Source of the DNA: Rhizobiaceae bacterium
Lineage (GTDB): Bacteria; Pseudomonadota; Alphaproteobacteria; Rhizobiales; Rhizobiaceae
Assembly: GCA_051009575.1 (NCBI GenBank)
Contig: JBPCWL010000011.1
Location: forward strand, 3,792 to 67,791
Reading direction: 5' to 3'
Length of the DNA: 64,000 nucleotides
Shown here: in pieces, positions 34,328 through 43,149 of the stretch
Layout: the number at the start of each line of letters is the position of its first letter
How positions within the stretch are numbered: position 1 is the stretch's first letter
Notes under the pieces: model-generated
What the model saw: only the letters and a program-made list of their open reading frames with translations
What the model was told of the DNA's origin: nothing
The model's database searches: none
Position numbers and translations under genes: made by a program

Positions 34328-35419
34328 ATGGACACCGAACTACTCGTTGACACAGTCAAGCAAATAGCAATTGACCATCCTGAAAACCTGATGGCAAGCC
34401 ACTTTGACGCAAAATATTTTCTCGGCCTTAAGAGTCGTTTACAAAAACGGCTGGAAAAGATTATCGCGTCTGGTGTCAAAAATCCGGATAGCCAGATGGG
34501 GGCCTATGCCATGAACCCGGATGACTACGACGTATTCGCTCCTCTCCTAGACCCCATGATCAGGGATTTTCACGGAATCCAGGCAAAAAAGATCATTGAA
34601 CAGAACCATGACTGGAATACCCACGCCATTAATTGTGACCTTGGTGAAATCGATGAGCAGCTTAAAGATGTTTCGATGCGGGTACGGGTGGCGCGAAATG
34701 TCAGGACATTTCCATTGCCAGGCGCGATGAACAGGAAGCAACGCATTGATTTTGAAAATTTAGCTGCGCAGGCGTTTTTAAAGCTGACCCAAAATGCCGG
34801 TTTTGGTGGAAAGTATCTCTCTATAACTCCCGGTTCCCCTTTTGAAATTGATCCTGCTGATTACCGAAAACGGGTGGAGGCACATCAAATGTTCAAGGAC
34901 ATGAGCAGCGACCGGTATCTGAATGTAGCAGGAATTAGTGGGGATTGGCCGCATGGCCGCGGCATGTATGTCTCCGAAACGGAAGATTTTCTGGTTTGGG
35001 TAGGAGAAGAAGATCACCTGCGGATCATGTCCATGCAACGTGGTGGCAACCTCAACGCATTGTTTGAACGCCTCCGTTCCGGGCTTGAACTTCTCCAGAA
35101 TCTTTTGCCGGAATTTGCAACATCGCCAACCTACGGGAACGTGACCAGTTGCCCGACAAACCTGGGAGCAAGCATGCGGGCCAGCCTGCACATGCGGCTA
35201 CCGGTTCTCACCTCAAAGGGGCGGGATCTTGAGCGAGTAAAGCAGGAAGCAATGGCTCTCGGACTGGCTGTTCGGGGCGCCGGTGGCGAACATTCAGATG
35301 CAGGAGCAGATGGTCTGGTTGACATTTCTCCGAGTGCCCGCCTTGGCGTCGCGGAAATGGAAATCATGAACCGGTTATATCAGGGTGCCGCAGCGCTTTG
35401 GGGTATTGAAAAAGCCTGA
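34328..35419 (+). CDS. ATP:guanido phosphotransferase (eukaryote-type phosphagen/arginine-kinase-like)
   Basis: Both the N-terminal helical and the C-terminal catalytic domains are present: SGVKNPDSQMGAYAMNPDDYDVFAPLLDPMIRDFHG, FLVWVGEEDHLRIMSMQRGGNL, SCPTNLGASMRASLHMRLP, VRGAGGEHSD. The ATG at 34328 is preceded by AGGGA. Confidence 0.85.
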   Translation: MDTELLVDTVKQIAIDHPENLMASHFDAKYFLGLKSRLQKRLEKIIASGVKNPDSQMGAYAMNPDDYDVFAPLLDPMIRDFHGIQAKKIIEQNHDWNTHAINCDLGEIDEQLKDVSMRVRVARNVRTFPLPGAMNRKQRIDFENLAAQAFLKLTQNAGFGGKYLSITPGSPFEIDPADYRKRVEAHQMFKDMSSDRYLNVAGISGDWPHGRGMYVSETEDFLVWVGEEDHLRIMSMQRGGNLNALFERLRSGLELLQNLLPEFATSPTYGNVTSCPTNLGASMRASLHMRLPVLTSKGRDLERVKQEAMALGLAVRGAGGEHSDAGADGLVDISPSARLGVAEMEIMNRLYQGAAALWGIEKA

Positions 35420-35424
35420 ATCAA

Positions 35425-36984
35425 TCAGTGCTCGTTATTCAATGCTTCAACCGCTGGAATTTCTTGTTCTCTGCGGGCAATGTAGTCACACAAAGCATCG
35501 TCGACCGCTTGATCGAGTTTCGGTTCCACATAGGCATCCAGCAAGGATTTGACATGATTGAGTGCGCGTTCGTTAATCTCGACCGATCCTTCCGCAGCCC
35601 ACTGCTCGATTGAGTTGTTGTCGAATAGTTCGGGCATGAAAAACGCTTTTTGAAAATTAGCCTGTGTATGCGCATGCCCTAGGTAATGTCCGCCAGGACC
35701 AATGTCCCGGACCGCGGCAAGTGCCTCATCAAAATCATCCCAATTGATCCCCTCAGCCATTCTGTATGCCATTGCACATTGTTCGGCATCAACAACAAAC
35801 TTTGCCAACGAGCAGTGCATACCTGCCTCGTTCCACCCGGCAGAATGCCAGATGTAGTTAGCACCCGCCATCATGACGGCCATCAAAGTCGTGGCACTTT
35901 CATATCCAGCCTGCGCGTCAAATGTCTTGGCTCCGCCCAATGTATTGGACGTCCGCCAGGGAACGTCGTAGTACCGCGCCATCTGCCCGATCATGAAATT
36001 CATAAGGCTGATTTCAGGTGTTCCGGCCATGGGGGCCCCCGACTTCATCGACACCGTGGACAAATAGTGCCCGTAGATTGCCGGACAGCCCTTGTTGACG
36101 ACCTGGGTATAGGCAAGGGCCGATAATGCTTCCGCATTCAGTTGAGCAACAGCTGGCGCCGTCGATGCCGGTGTGTTTGCGCCGCCAAGTACGAACGGCG
36201 AACACAAAACAGGCTGGTTGCGTTTGCAGAACGCCCGCATCGCGCCGAGCATGACTTCGTCCCAGACCAGCGGAGAATTACCATTACAGTTTCCGGTGAC
36301 AACCGGGTGCGTATCGATATAGCCGCTGCCAAAAAGGATGTCGCACATGTCCATGACATCTTCAGCATTCTTTGGACTGGTCGTCATACCCATGAAAGTC
36401 TTGTCTGAGTGCTTCATCGAAGAATAGGTGATCCGCAGATGTCGGTGTGAAATCATGTGATCCATAGGCTCGACAATGTGATGGGCTGATGAGTGGATAG
36501 CCGGGAGCATATGGGAGAGCTTGTGAAAGTTAGCGAGGTCATCCAGCGTTGGGCCTCGACGTACATCCTCAAGGTCCCGCAGATAGGGCGCACCGGTCAT
36601 CGGTACGAAGATCGAGTGATCATGGCCAAACGGAAGATTGTTAGCCGGATTCCTGGCGTGATAGGTAAAGCCGGAAGGAATGGTCGAAATCAGTTCCCGG
36701 ATCATCCCCCGGTCAAAATGTACGCGGTCATCTTCACGGATATCAGCTCCGGCCTTTTTCCAGTCGGCAATTGCAATCGGATCTCGGAAAACAACGCCAA
36801 CCTCTTCGAGAATACTCAACGAAGCATCATCAATTTTCTCGATTTGTTCCTGATCCATCGGCTCGGTCAAAGGCAACTTCCGCTTGAGTGCAGGTAGCAT
36901 TTCAGTTTCATGGCCCGAACGTAACTCACGCCGCGCACCACGTCCGCCACGCCTCGTCTTGCCGATTTCTGCCTGCTCACTCAT
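35425..36984 (-). CDS. Trimethylamine methyltransferase (MttB) superfamily protein, non-pyrrolysine type (second paralog)
   Basis: 519 aa with an Arg-rich N-terminus (KTRRGGRGARRELR), collinear similarity to 1855-3378 and no in-frame TAG. Confidence 0.85.
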   Translation of the reverse strand: MSEQAEIGKTRRGGRGARRELRSGHETEMLPALKRKLPLTEPMDQEQIEKIDDASLSILEEVGVVFRDPIAIADWKKAGADIREDDRVHFDRGMIRELISTIPSGFTYHARNPANNLPFGHDHSIFVPMTGAPYLRDLEDVRRGPTLDDLANFHKLSHMLPAIHSSAHHIVEPMDHMISHRHLRITYSSMKHSDKTFMGMTTSPKNAEDVMDMCDILFGSGYIDTHPVVTGNCNGNSPLVWDEVMLGAMRAFCKRNQPVLCSPFVLGGANTPASTAPAVAQLNAEALSALAYTQVVNKGCPAIYGHYLSTVSMKSGAPMAGTPEISLMNFMIGQMARYYDVPWRTSNTLGGAKTFDAQAGYESATTLMAVMMAGANYIWHSAGWNEAGMHCSLAKFVVDAEQCAMAYRMAEGINWDDFDEALAAVRDIGPGGHYLGHAHTQANFQKAFFMPELFDNNSIEQWAAEGSVEINERALNHVKSLLDAYVEPKLDQAVDDALCDYIARREQEIPAVEALNNEH

Positions 36985-37073
36985 GGCTGATTTTCCAGAT
37001 TTAGGTCATTTAAAAAGTATCACCAGCCTCTATATCTACAAACAATAATTGCGACCCGCTTTATGACGGATTT

Positions 37074-37085
37074 GGACAATTGTCC
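37074..37085. promoter_or_regulatory. Perfect 12-bp palindrome in the MttB/LysE divergent intergenic region
   Basis: GGACAATTGTCC lies roughly midway between the two divergent starts (36984 and 37181). Confidence 0.3.
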
Positions 37086-37180
37086 TGGAGCTGGCAACAA
37101 ACGTGAATTTTGCCTTTTCAGGGGTCTGTTCCATTGATAAACCTGAAGGGGTCAGGATTTACCAATTTAGGAGTTTGACC

Positions 37181-37783
37181 GTGACAATTGAACTTATCCT
37201 GGCTTTCAATCTGGCTTTGCTTGCAGCCTTGGTAAGTCCGGGCCCAGCCCTGCTAATGGCGATACGGACTAACCTTGTAAAAGGCCGGTCGGCGGGAATC
37301 CGCTTTGGTGCGGGTGTCGGTCTGATGGCGTCGGTTTGGACAATGATGGCCCTTTTGGGCCTTGATAGTGTCTTTGCACTCTTCCCATGGGCCTATGTTT
37401 TCATGAAGATAGTTGGAGCAATGTATCTGCTCTATCTTGCCTGGAACACATGGCGAAAAGCCTGTAAACCTCTTGATTACTCGGCCAGAGCCGCCAACCA
37501 TGCATTTAGCGAAGGTTTCCTGCTCAACATGTCAAATCCGAAATCCGTGCTCTTCGCAGCAACGGTTCTGATTGTGATTTTTCCGCCTGATCTCTCCTTT
37601 CACGCCAAGGCGTTCATCATGGCCAATCAGTTCATCGTTGAGTTTGTTTCATATTCAATTTTGGCATTTGTGTTGAACACCCGCTCGGTAAGCGAACGGC
37701 TTCTATCAGCTAAAACTCACCTTGACCGTTTTGCAGCGTTCATACTTTGCGGCCTGGGCATCCGCTTGTTGTTTCAGAAATAG
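37181..37783 (+). CDS. LysE/RhtB family amino-acid (or amine) exporter
   Basis: A GTG at 37181 is preceded by TAGGAG. The product is about 200 aa with 6 TM segments and the typical N-terminus (LILAFNLALLAALVSPGPALLMAIR) and NPKSVLF block. Confidence 0.8.
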   Translation: MTIELILAFNLALLAALVSPGPALLMAIRTNLVKGRSAGIRFGAGVGLMASVWTMMALLGLDSVFALFPWAYVFMKIVGAMYLLYLAWNTWRKACKPLDYSARAANHAFSEGFLLNMSNPKSVLFAATVLIVIFPPDLSFHAKAFIMANQFIVEFVSYSILAFVLNTRSVSERLLSAKTHLDRFAAFILCGLGIRLLFQK

Positions 37784-37785
37784 TC

Positions 37786-38913
37786 ATGCGCGGTCCCCTG
37801 AACTCTCTCAAGATTGTTGAAATGGTTGGGCTTGGACCCTGCCCACTGGCCGGACAATTGTTGGCGGACCTGGGTGCGGAAGTGATCGTAATCGACCGGA
37901 AATCTGGCCTGGATGTTTCGCGGGACGTAAACCGGCGAGGCAAGAAATCAATTGCGCTGGATCTTAAAAACCCGGAAGGTGTAAAAACTGCTCTCGAACT
38001 GATATCCGGATCCGACATTTTGATCGAAGGATTTCGGCCCGGTGTTATGGAACGGTTGGGCCTTGGTCCAAATACTTGTTTGAATGCAAACCCGGCGCTT
38101 GTTTACGGAAGGATGACCGGCTGGGGACAAGAAGGCCCGCTTTCCCATTCCGCAGGGCATGATATCAATTACCTGGCGCTGACCGGCGCACTTCACGCGA
38201 TGGGCAAGGACGAAGAACCCCCTGTTCCGCCCTTGAACTTGGCGGCAGACTATGGCGGCGGTTCGATGTTTCTCGTTATGGGTGTCCTTGCTGCAATCGC
38301 CGAACGCGGCGCATCAGGAAAAGGCCAGGTCATTGATGCTGCCATGATTGATGGTGTGCCAGCAATGATGGGATTGATTCAAACCATGTTTGCAAGCGGT
38401 CAGTGGACCGCAAAACGTGAGGACAATTTCATTGACGGCGGCGCCCCCTACTATCGTTGCTATAAAACTTCTGACGGCAAATTTGTTTCAGTAGGCGCCA
38501 TTGAACCTCAGTTTTTTGCCGAACTGGTTGCATTGCTGGAGCTGGACGATCAATTGCTTGCAAACCAGAACAACAAAAACGAATGGCCTGCCATGCACAA
38601 GCTGTTTGAAGAGAAATTTGCTGCCAGAAAAAGGGATGATTGGGCAGCGCTGTTTGAAGGAACTGATGCCTGCGTTGCACCGGTATTGGACTTTGATGAA
38701 GCCACAAACCATCCTCACAACATTGCCCGGAATACATTTTTTGAGATTGACGGAGTTTCACAAACAAGCGTTGCACCAAGGTTTGGCCGGACCACCCCTG
38801 AAACACCACAATTTGCTGGTTTGACGGGCGAGGACGGATTTTCAATTCTCAGCGAGGCTGGATTTGACCGCGACCGTATCGAAGACCTTGCAAGTTCCGG
38901 CGTTTTGATTTGA
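37786..38913 (+). CDS. Family III CoA-transferase fold protein, alpha-methylacyl-CoA racemase-like
   Basis: MRGPLNSLKIVEMVGLGPCPLAGQLLADLGAEVIVIDR. It is collinear with my memory of M. tuberculosis Mcr, including the AGHDINY (His) and PLNLAADYGGGSMF (Asp) catalytic-pair blocks and GAIEPQFF. Confidence 0.8.
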   Translation: MRGPLNSLKIVEMVGLGPCPLAGQLLADLGAEVIVIDRKSGLDVSRDVNRRGKKSIALDLKNPEGVKTALELISGSDILIEGFRPGVMERLGLGPNTCLNANPALVYGRMTGWGQEGPLSHSAGHDINYLALTGALHAMGKDEEPPVPPLNLAADYGGGSMFLVMGVLAAIAERGASGKGQVIDAAMIDGVPAMMGLIQTMFASGQWTAKREDNFIDGGAPYYRCYKTSDGKFVSVGAIEPQFFAELVALLELDDQLLANQNNKNEWPAMHKLFEEKFAARKRDDWAALFEGTDACVAPVLDFDEATNHPHNIARNTFFEIDGVSQTSVAPRFGRTTPETPQFAGLTGEDGFSILSEAGFDRDRIEDLASSGVLI

Positions 38914-38936
38914 ACTGCGCCTGAACGGAGGAAGTA

Positions 38937-39710
38937 ATGCAAAGCAATGTCCTTGAATATTCAGTGTCTGACGCCATTTGCACCATTGCGCTGAACCGCC
39001 CCGATTCTCTCAATTCATTTAATCACGAACTTCGCATGGACATGCTGAAGGCAATTCGGACTGCAGAAGGCGATCCGGCGGTCCGGGTTATCGTGTTCAA
39101 GGGAAACGGCAAGGGGTTTTGTGCGGGGGCCGACCTTGCGGAAGGACTTGACCGGGATATTGAGGAAGAACTCAAACAGGAATACAAACCGTTCCTTATG
39201 GCAATTCATGATTCCCCAAAGGCGTGCATTGCCCGGGTTCACGGATGTGCGGCCGGGATCGGTGCCGGTCTCGCAATGGTCTGCGATCTCGTAATAATGT
39301 CCGAAGATGCTTATGTTTACCTGGCATTTGCCGCAATAGGATTGATACCGGATGGAGGCCTGAACTGGCATCTCCAAAACGCCCTTGGCCCGCGAAAAGC
39401 CTTTGAAACGATCGTTGAAGGCAAAAGACTTACGGCAGATCAGTGCTTGAACCACGGCATTTGCAATGAGGTTGTACCTCGGAAAAACCTTGACCAGGCA
39501 GTTGGCGAACGTGCGGCGAAAATAGCTTCCGGTGCGCCGCTTGCCCAGGCAGCCGCGAAAAAAATTCTCCGGCAAGTCGGCCAATTGTCCCTGTCAGAAG
39601 CAATCAACCGGGAAGCAGAGTTTCAAAAACCACTTTCGGAGAGCGAGGATTGCCGTAACGCTGTCGATTCCTTCTTCAAAAAGGAAAAACCCGAATTCAA
39701 GGGAACATGA
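38937..39710 (+). CDS. Enoyl-CoA hydratase/isomerase family protein
   Basis: 257 aa (GKGFCAGADL, GCAAGIGAGLAMVCD). Confidence 0.85.
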   Translation: MQSNVLEYSVSDAICTIALNRPDSLNSFNHELRMDMLKAIRTAEGDPAVRVIVFKGNGKGFCAGADLAEGLDRDIEEELKQEYKPFLMAIHDSPKACIARVHGCAAGIGAGLAMVCDLVIMSEDAYVYLAFAAIGLIPDGGLNWHLQNALGPRKAFETIVEGKRLTADQCLNHGICNEVVPRKNLDQAVGERAAKIASGAPLAQAAAKKILRQVGQLSLSEAINREAEFQKPLSESEDCRNAVDSFFKKEKPEFKGT

Positions 39711-39714
39711 ATCA

Positions 39715-41028
39715 ATGAAAACTGCTACCCAACTTGGCCGCGAGATTGCTGCCGGAACAACCAATCCTGTTGAACTTGCAGAGGCCACGTTTGAGGCTAT
39801 TGAAAATCATCCAAAACGGGATACCATTTTTTCCCGCCTGACGCGGGAGCGCGCACTCTTGGAAGCTCATGCATCCAGAACCCGACAGAAATCCGGTGAA
39901 CTGAAAAGCCCTCTGGATGGCGTTCCAATTTCCTGGAAAGATCTGTTTGACACCGCAGGAGTGGCAACGGAATCGGGCTCCAAACTCCTGGCCGGACGCA
40001 TCCCGGACAAGGACTGCATGGCGCTGGCAAACGCCACAGACGCAGGATTGGTTTGCACTGGCAAAACTCATTTGTCAGAGCTTGCTTTTTCAGGACTTGG
40101 CATCAATCCAAGTACAGCTACATCGCCAAATATTCACGGTGACCATCTGGCTCCGGGGGGCTCATCATCTGGTGCCGCAGCATCAGTTGCTCACGAATTG
40201 GTTCCCATCGGAATCGGTTCCGATACCGGTGGATCAGTCCGTATTCCGTCTGCCTGGAATGATCTTGTCGGGTTCAAGACAACGCATGGTGTAGTTTCAA
40301 ATGAGGGAGTTGTTCCATTATGTTCAGGATTTGATACCGTCGGTCCTCTGTGTACCAGCATGGAAGACGCATGGTTGATGACCGCGATCATGGCAGGTCT
40401 GCCTCCCGAACTGCCGGAGGAAAAACCGGTCAGCGAATGCAAGTTTCTGGTCAATGAAACGATCATGCTTGATGATCTCGGCACGGAGCAACGCGAGGGT
40501 TTTGAACTCGCACTCGAGGCGCTCCAGTCGGAAGGTGCCACTATCGTCCGGAACAAGATTCATGAATGCGAGGAAATCCTGCCTTTCGGGCCTGTCCTCT
40601 TCCCTTACGAGGCATGGCAGCAATGGGGCGAAGAGATCGAAGCACAACCTGACTTGATGTTTGAACCGGTTCGTAACCGTTTCGGGTCAGGAAAGAATAT
40701 TACTAGAGAACAGTATGACATCGCCTGGTCGGCCATGATGGAGCTTCGAAATTCCTATGACAAACGGACCGGTGTATATGATGCGGTTCTGACTCCTACC
40801 GTTGCGATAGCGCCTCCGGAAGTGGCACCGTTGTTGGCAGACTACGATCTGTTCGGTGAAACCAATATGATGGCTTTGCGGAATACCCGTTTTTTCAATA
40901 TGTTTGGATGTTGCGCGTTCTCTTTGCCAACCCCACGGCCTGCTTCCGGCATCATGATAGTGAAATCAGGTGGTCACGATCGGGAGCTGGCGGCTCTGGG
41001 TATGGGAATCGAAGCAGCGCTGGTCTAA
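39715..41028 (+). CDS. Amidase-signature family amidase
   Basis: From the ATG at 39715 (MKTATQLGREIAAG...). The AS motif is present (GGSSSGAAASVA, GSDTGGSVRIPSAWN). The tracked start at 39532 overlaps the preceding gene. Confidence 0.85.
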   Translation: MKTATQLGREIAAGTTNPVELAEATFEAIENHPKRDTIFSRLTRERALLEAHASRTRQKSGELKSPLDGVPISWKDLFDTAGVATESGSKLLAGRIPDKDCMALANATDAGLVCTGKTHLSELAFSGLGINPSTATSPNIHGDHLAPGGSSSGAAASVAHELVPIGIGSDTGGSVRIPSAWNDLVGFKTTHGVVSNEGVVPLCSGFDTVGPLCTSMEDAWLMTAIMAGLPPELPEEKPVSECKFLVNETIMLDDLGTEQREGFELALEALQSEGATIVRNKIHECEEILPFGPVLFPYEAWQQWGEEIEAQPDLMFEPVRNRFGSGKNITREQYDIAWSAMMELRNSYDKRTGVYDAVLTPTVAIAPPEVAPLLADYDLFGETNMMALRNTRFFNMFGCCAFSLPTPRPASGIMIVKSGGHDRELAALGMGIEAALV

Positions 41029-41088
41029 ACCGTTGCATCGTTTGACAATTTCGCTACTGTAACCGCAAAGAAATTCAGGGAGGAAACC

Positions 41089-42198
41089 ATGAAAACCCGC
41101 GCCGCTGTTGCTTTTGAAGCCGGAAAACCACTTGAAATATGTGAAGTCGATCTGGAAGGTCCAAAAGAAGGTGAAGTCCTTGTGGAAATCAAGGCAACCG
41201 GGCTTTGTCACACGGATGAGTTTACCCGTTCTGGCGCGGATCCTGAGGGTATTTTCCCTGCAATCCTCGGCCATGAGGGCGCTGGCGTTGTAGTCGATGT
41301 TGGGCCCGGCGTGTCCAGTCTGAAGAAGGGGGATCACGTTATCCCGCTTTACACTCCGGAATGCCGTGAATGCGATTACTGCACTTCCGGAAAAACCAAC
41401 CTTTGCCAGAAAATACGCGTAACCCAGGGACAGGGGCTTATGCCGGATGGCACATCGCGGTTCTCAATCAAAGGCGAGAAGGCCTTCCACTACATGGGAA
41501 CATCAACTTTCGCAAATCACACCGTTGTGCCGGAAATCGCCCTAGCGAAGGTTCGTGAAGACGCTCCGTTCGAGAGCATTTGCTATATCGGCTGTGGGGT
41601 CACCACAGGCATTGGGGCAGTGATCAATACCGCCAAGGTACAACCGGGTGACAACGTGGTTGTCTTCGGTCTGGGTGGTATCGGCCTCAATGTCATTCAA
41701 GGAGCCCGACTCGCAGGCGCCAACATGATTGTCGGCGTGGATATAAATGCGGAACGCAAAACCTGGGGTGAAAAGTTCGGAATGACCCACTTTGTGAACC
41801 CGACCGAAGTCGAAGGGGATATGGTAGCCTACCTCGTTGACCTCACCAATGGTGGCGCAGACTATTCTTTCGAATGCATCGGCAATGTAGATGTCATGCG
41901 GACAGCCCTCGAATGCTGCCACAAAGGTTGGGGAACTTCGATCATTATCGGCGTTGCAGGAGCCGGGCAGGAAATCTCAACCCGTCCATTCCAGCTGGTT
42001 ACTGGCCGTAACTGGCGTGGCACTGCGTTTGGTGGGGCGAAGGGGCGTACGGATGTTCCGAAAATTGTCGACTGGTATATGGATGGCAAAATCCAGATCG
42101 ATCCGATGATTACCCATACCATGCCGCTTGAGGACATCAACAAGGGATTTGACCTGATGCATCACGGCGAAAGCATCCGCGGTGTTGTGAAATTCTAA
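41089..42198 (+). CDS. adhC: S-(hydroxymethyl)glutathione dehydrogenase / class III alcohol dehydrogenase
   Basis: [46 protein letters not shown], 369 aa, [13 protein letters not shown]. Confidence 0.9.
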   Translation: MKTRAAVAFEAGKPLEICEVDLEGPKEGEVLVEIKATGLCHTDEFTRSGADPEGIFPAILGHEGAGVVVDVGPGVSSLKKGDHVIPLYTPECRECDYCTSGKTNLCQKIRVTQGQGLMPDGTSRFSIKGEKAFHYMGTSTFANHTVVPEIALAKVREDAPFESICYIGCGVTTGIGAVINTAKVQPGDNVVVFGLGGIGLNVIQGARLAGANMIVGVDINAERKTWGEKFGMTHFVNPTEVEGDMVAYLVDLTNGGADYSFECIGNVDVMRTALECCHKGWGTSIIIGVAGAGQEISTRPFQLVTGRNWRGTAFGGAKGRTDVPKIVDWYMDGKIQIDPMITHTMPLEDINKGFDLMHHGESIRGVVKF

Positions 42199-42199
42199 T

Positions 42200-42652
42200 A
42201 TGACAAAACCAAAGTTCATTGGCATTAATCACGTGGCTCTGGAAGTCGACAATATCGATGACGCTCTGGAATTTTATGGGCGGTTTTTTGATTTCACCCT
42301 TCAGAACCGAAGTGAGACAATGGCGTTCATAGAAATGGGAGATCAGTTCATTGCCCTCTCATCGCCACGCAAGCAACCACGCGATGATGCTAGACACTTC
42401 GGATTGGTTGTAGATCAGCGAGAAGGATTGCGGGAAAAACTGGAAGACGCAGGTGTAGAAATCGTTACGCCAAAACGCCTGGATTTTATGGACCCTTGGG
42501 GCAATCGCATAGAGATTGTCCCATATGAAGATATTCAGTTTGTGAAGCAGGCCGGCGCCCTGGATATGCTTGGAGCCGGTGATTTGCGAAAAACTGAATC
42601 TGCAAAGCAGGAACTACTCCAGAAGGGTATCAACCCGCCGGCTGGAATTTAG
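42200..42652 (+). CDS. VOC (glyoxalase/bleomycin-resistance/dioxygenase) family protein
   Basis: 150 aa (INHVALEVDNIDDALEFY, DPWGNRIEIV). Confidence 0.7.
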   Translation: MTKPKFIGINHVALEVDNIDDALEFYGRFFDFTLQNRSETMAFIEMGDQFIALSSPRKQPRDDARHFGLVVDQREGLREKLEDAGVEIVTPKRLDFMDPWGNRIEIVPYEDIQFVKQAGALDMLGAGDLRKTESAKQELLQKGINPPAGI

Positions 42653-42689
42653 TGAAAAGATTCCTTTTTTTTACCGCTTTGGTGGCACG

Positions 42690-43127
42690 ATGAATATCTA
42701 TGTTGACGCGGATGCCTGTCCGGTAAAAGACGAAGTGGTCCGCGTTGCCGAACGACACAATATTCAGGTTATCATGGTAGCGGACGGGGGTTTGCGACCT
42801 TCTCGCGACTCGTTGGTTCGTATGCATATTGTCCCGCAAGGCGCAGATGCAGCTGACGATTGGATTGCGGAAAACATAACCATTTCAGATATTTGCGTGA
42901 CGTCAGACATTCCATTGGCAAAACGTTGCCTTGACAGGGGTGCCGTTGCCATCAAACCGAACGGCAATTTGTTTAATGAAGCCAATATTGGCATGGCACT
43001 CGCAATGCGGGACTTGAAACAACACATCCGCGAAAGCCAGCAAACACAGACCTATAACGCGTCTTTTACCAAATCGGACCGTTCAAATTTCTTGCAAGCC
43101 TTGGACCGCCTGATACAACAACGCTAA
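42690..43127 (+). CDS. yaiI: YaiI/YqxD family protein (UPF0178)
   Basis: From the ATG at 42690: MNIYVDADACPVKDEVVRVAERH..., about 145 aa. Confidence 0.8.
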   Translation: MNIYVDADACPVKDEVVRVAERHNIQVIMVADGGLRPSRDSLVRMHIVPQGADAADDWIAENITISDICVTSDIPLAKRCLDRGAVAIKPNGNLFNEANIGMALAMRDLKQHIRESQQTQTYNASFTKSDRSNFLQALDRLIQQR

Positions 43128-43149
43128 CGACAAATTCGAGGCTTCATCC

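Noticed and set aside
37786-39710. Initial reading as CaiB/CaiD (carnitine CoA-transferase plus carnitinyl-CoA dehydratase), which would tie the MttB gene to carnitine
   Set aside because: The first protein aligns much better, from memory, with alpha-methylacyl-CoA racemase, including its His/Asp catalytic blocks. A carnitine assignment is therefore not supported by the sequence alone.
39532-39714. Upstream extension of the amidase ORF. Similar cases: 42570-42689 for yaiI, 29393-29473 for the TPR gene and 20546-20593 for ispA.
   Set aside because: The extensions overlap the preceding well-supported genes in another frame. Conserved N-termini begin at the internal start codons given in the features.
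42200-42652. VOC protein as the missing methylmalonyl-CoA epimerase
   Set aside because: It shares only the generic VOC fold. It sits in the formaldehyde operon rather than with pcc/mcm, and I cannot verify epimerase-specific residues.
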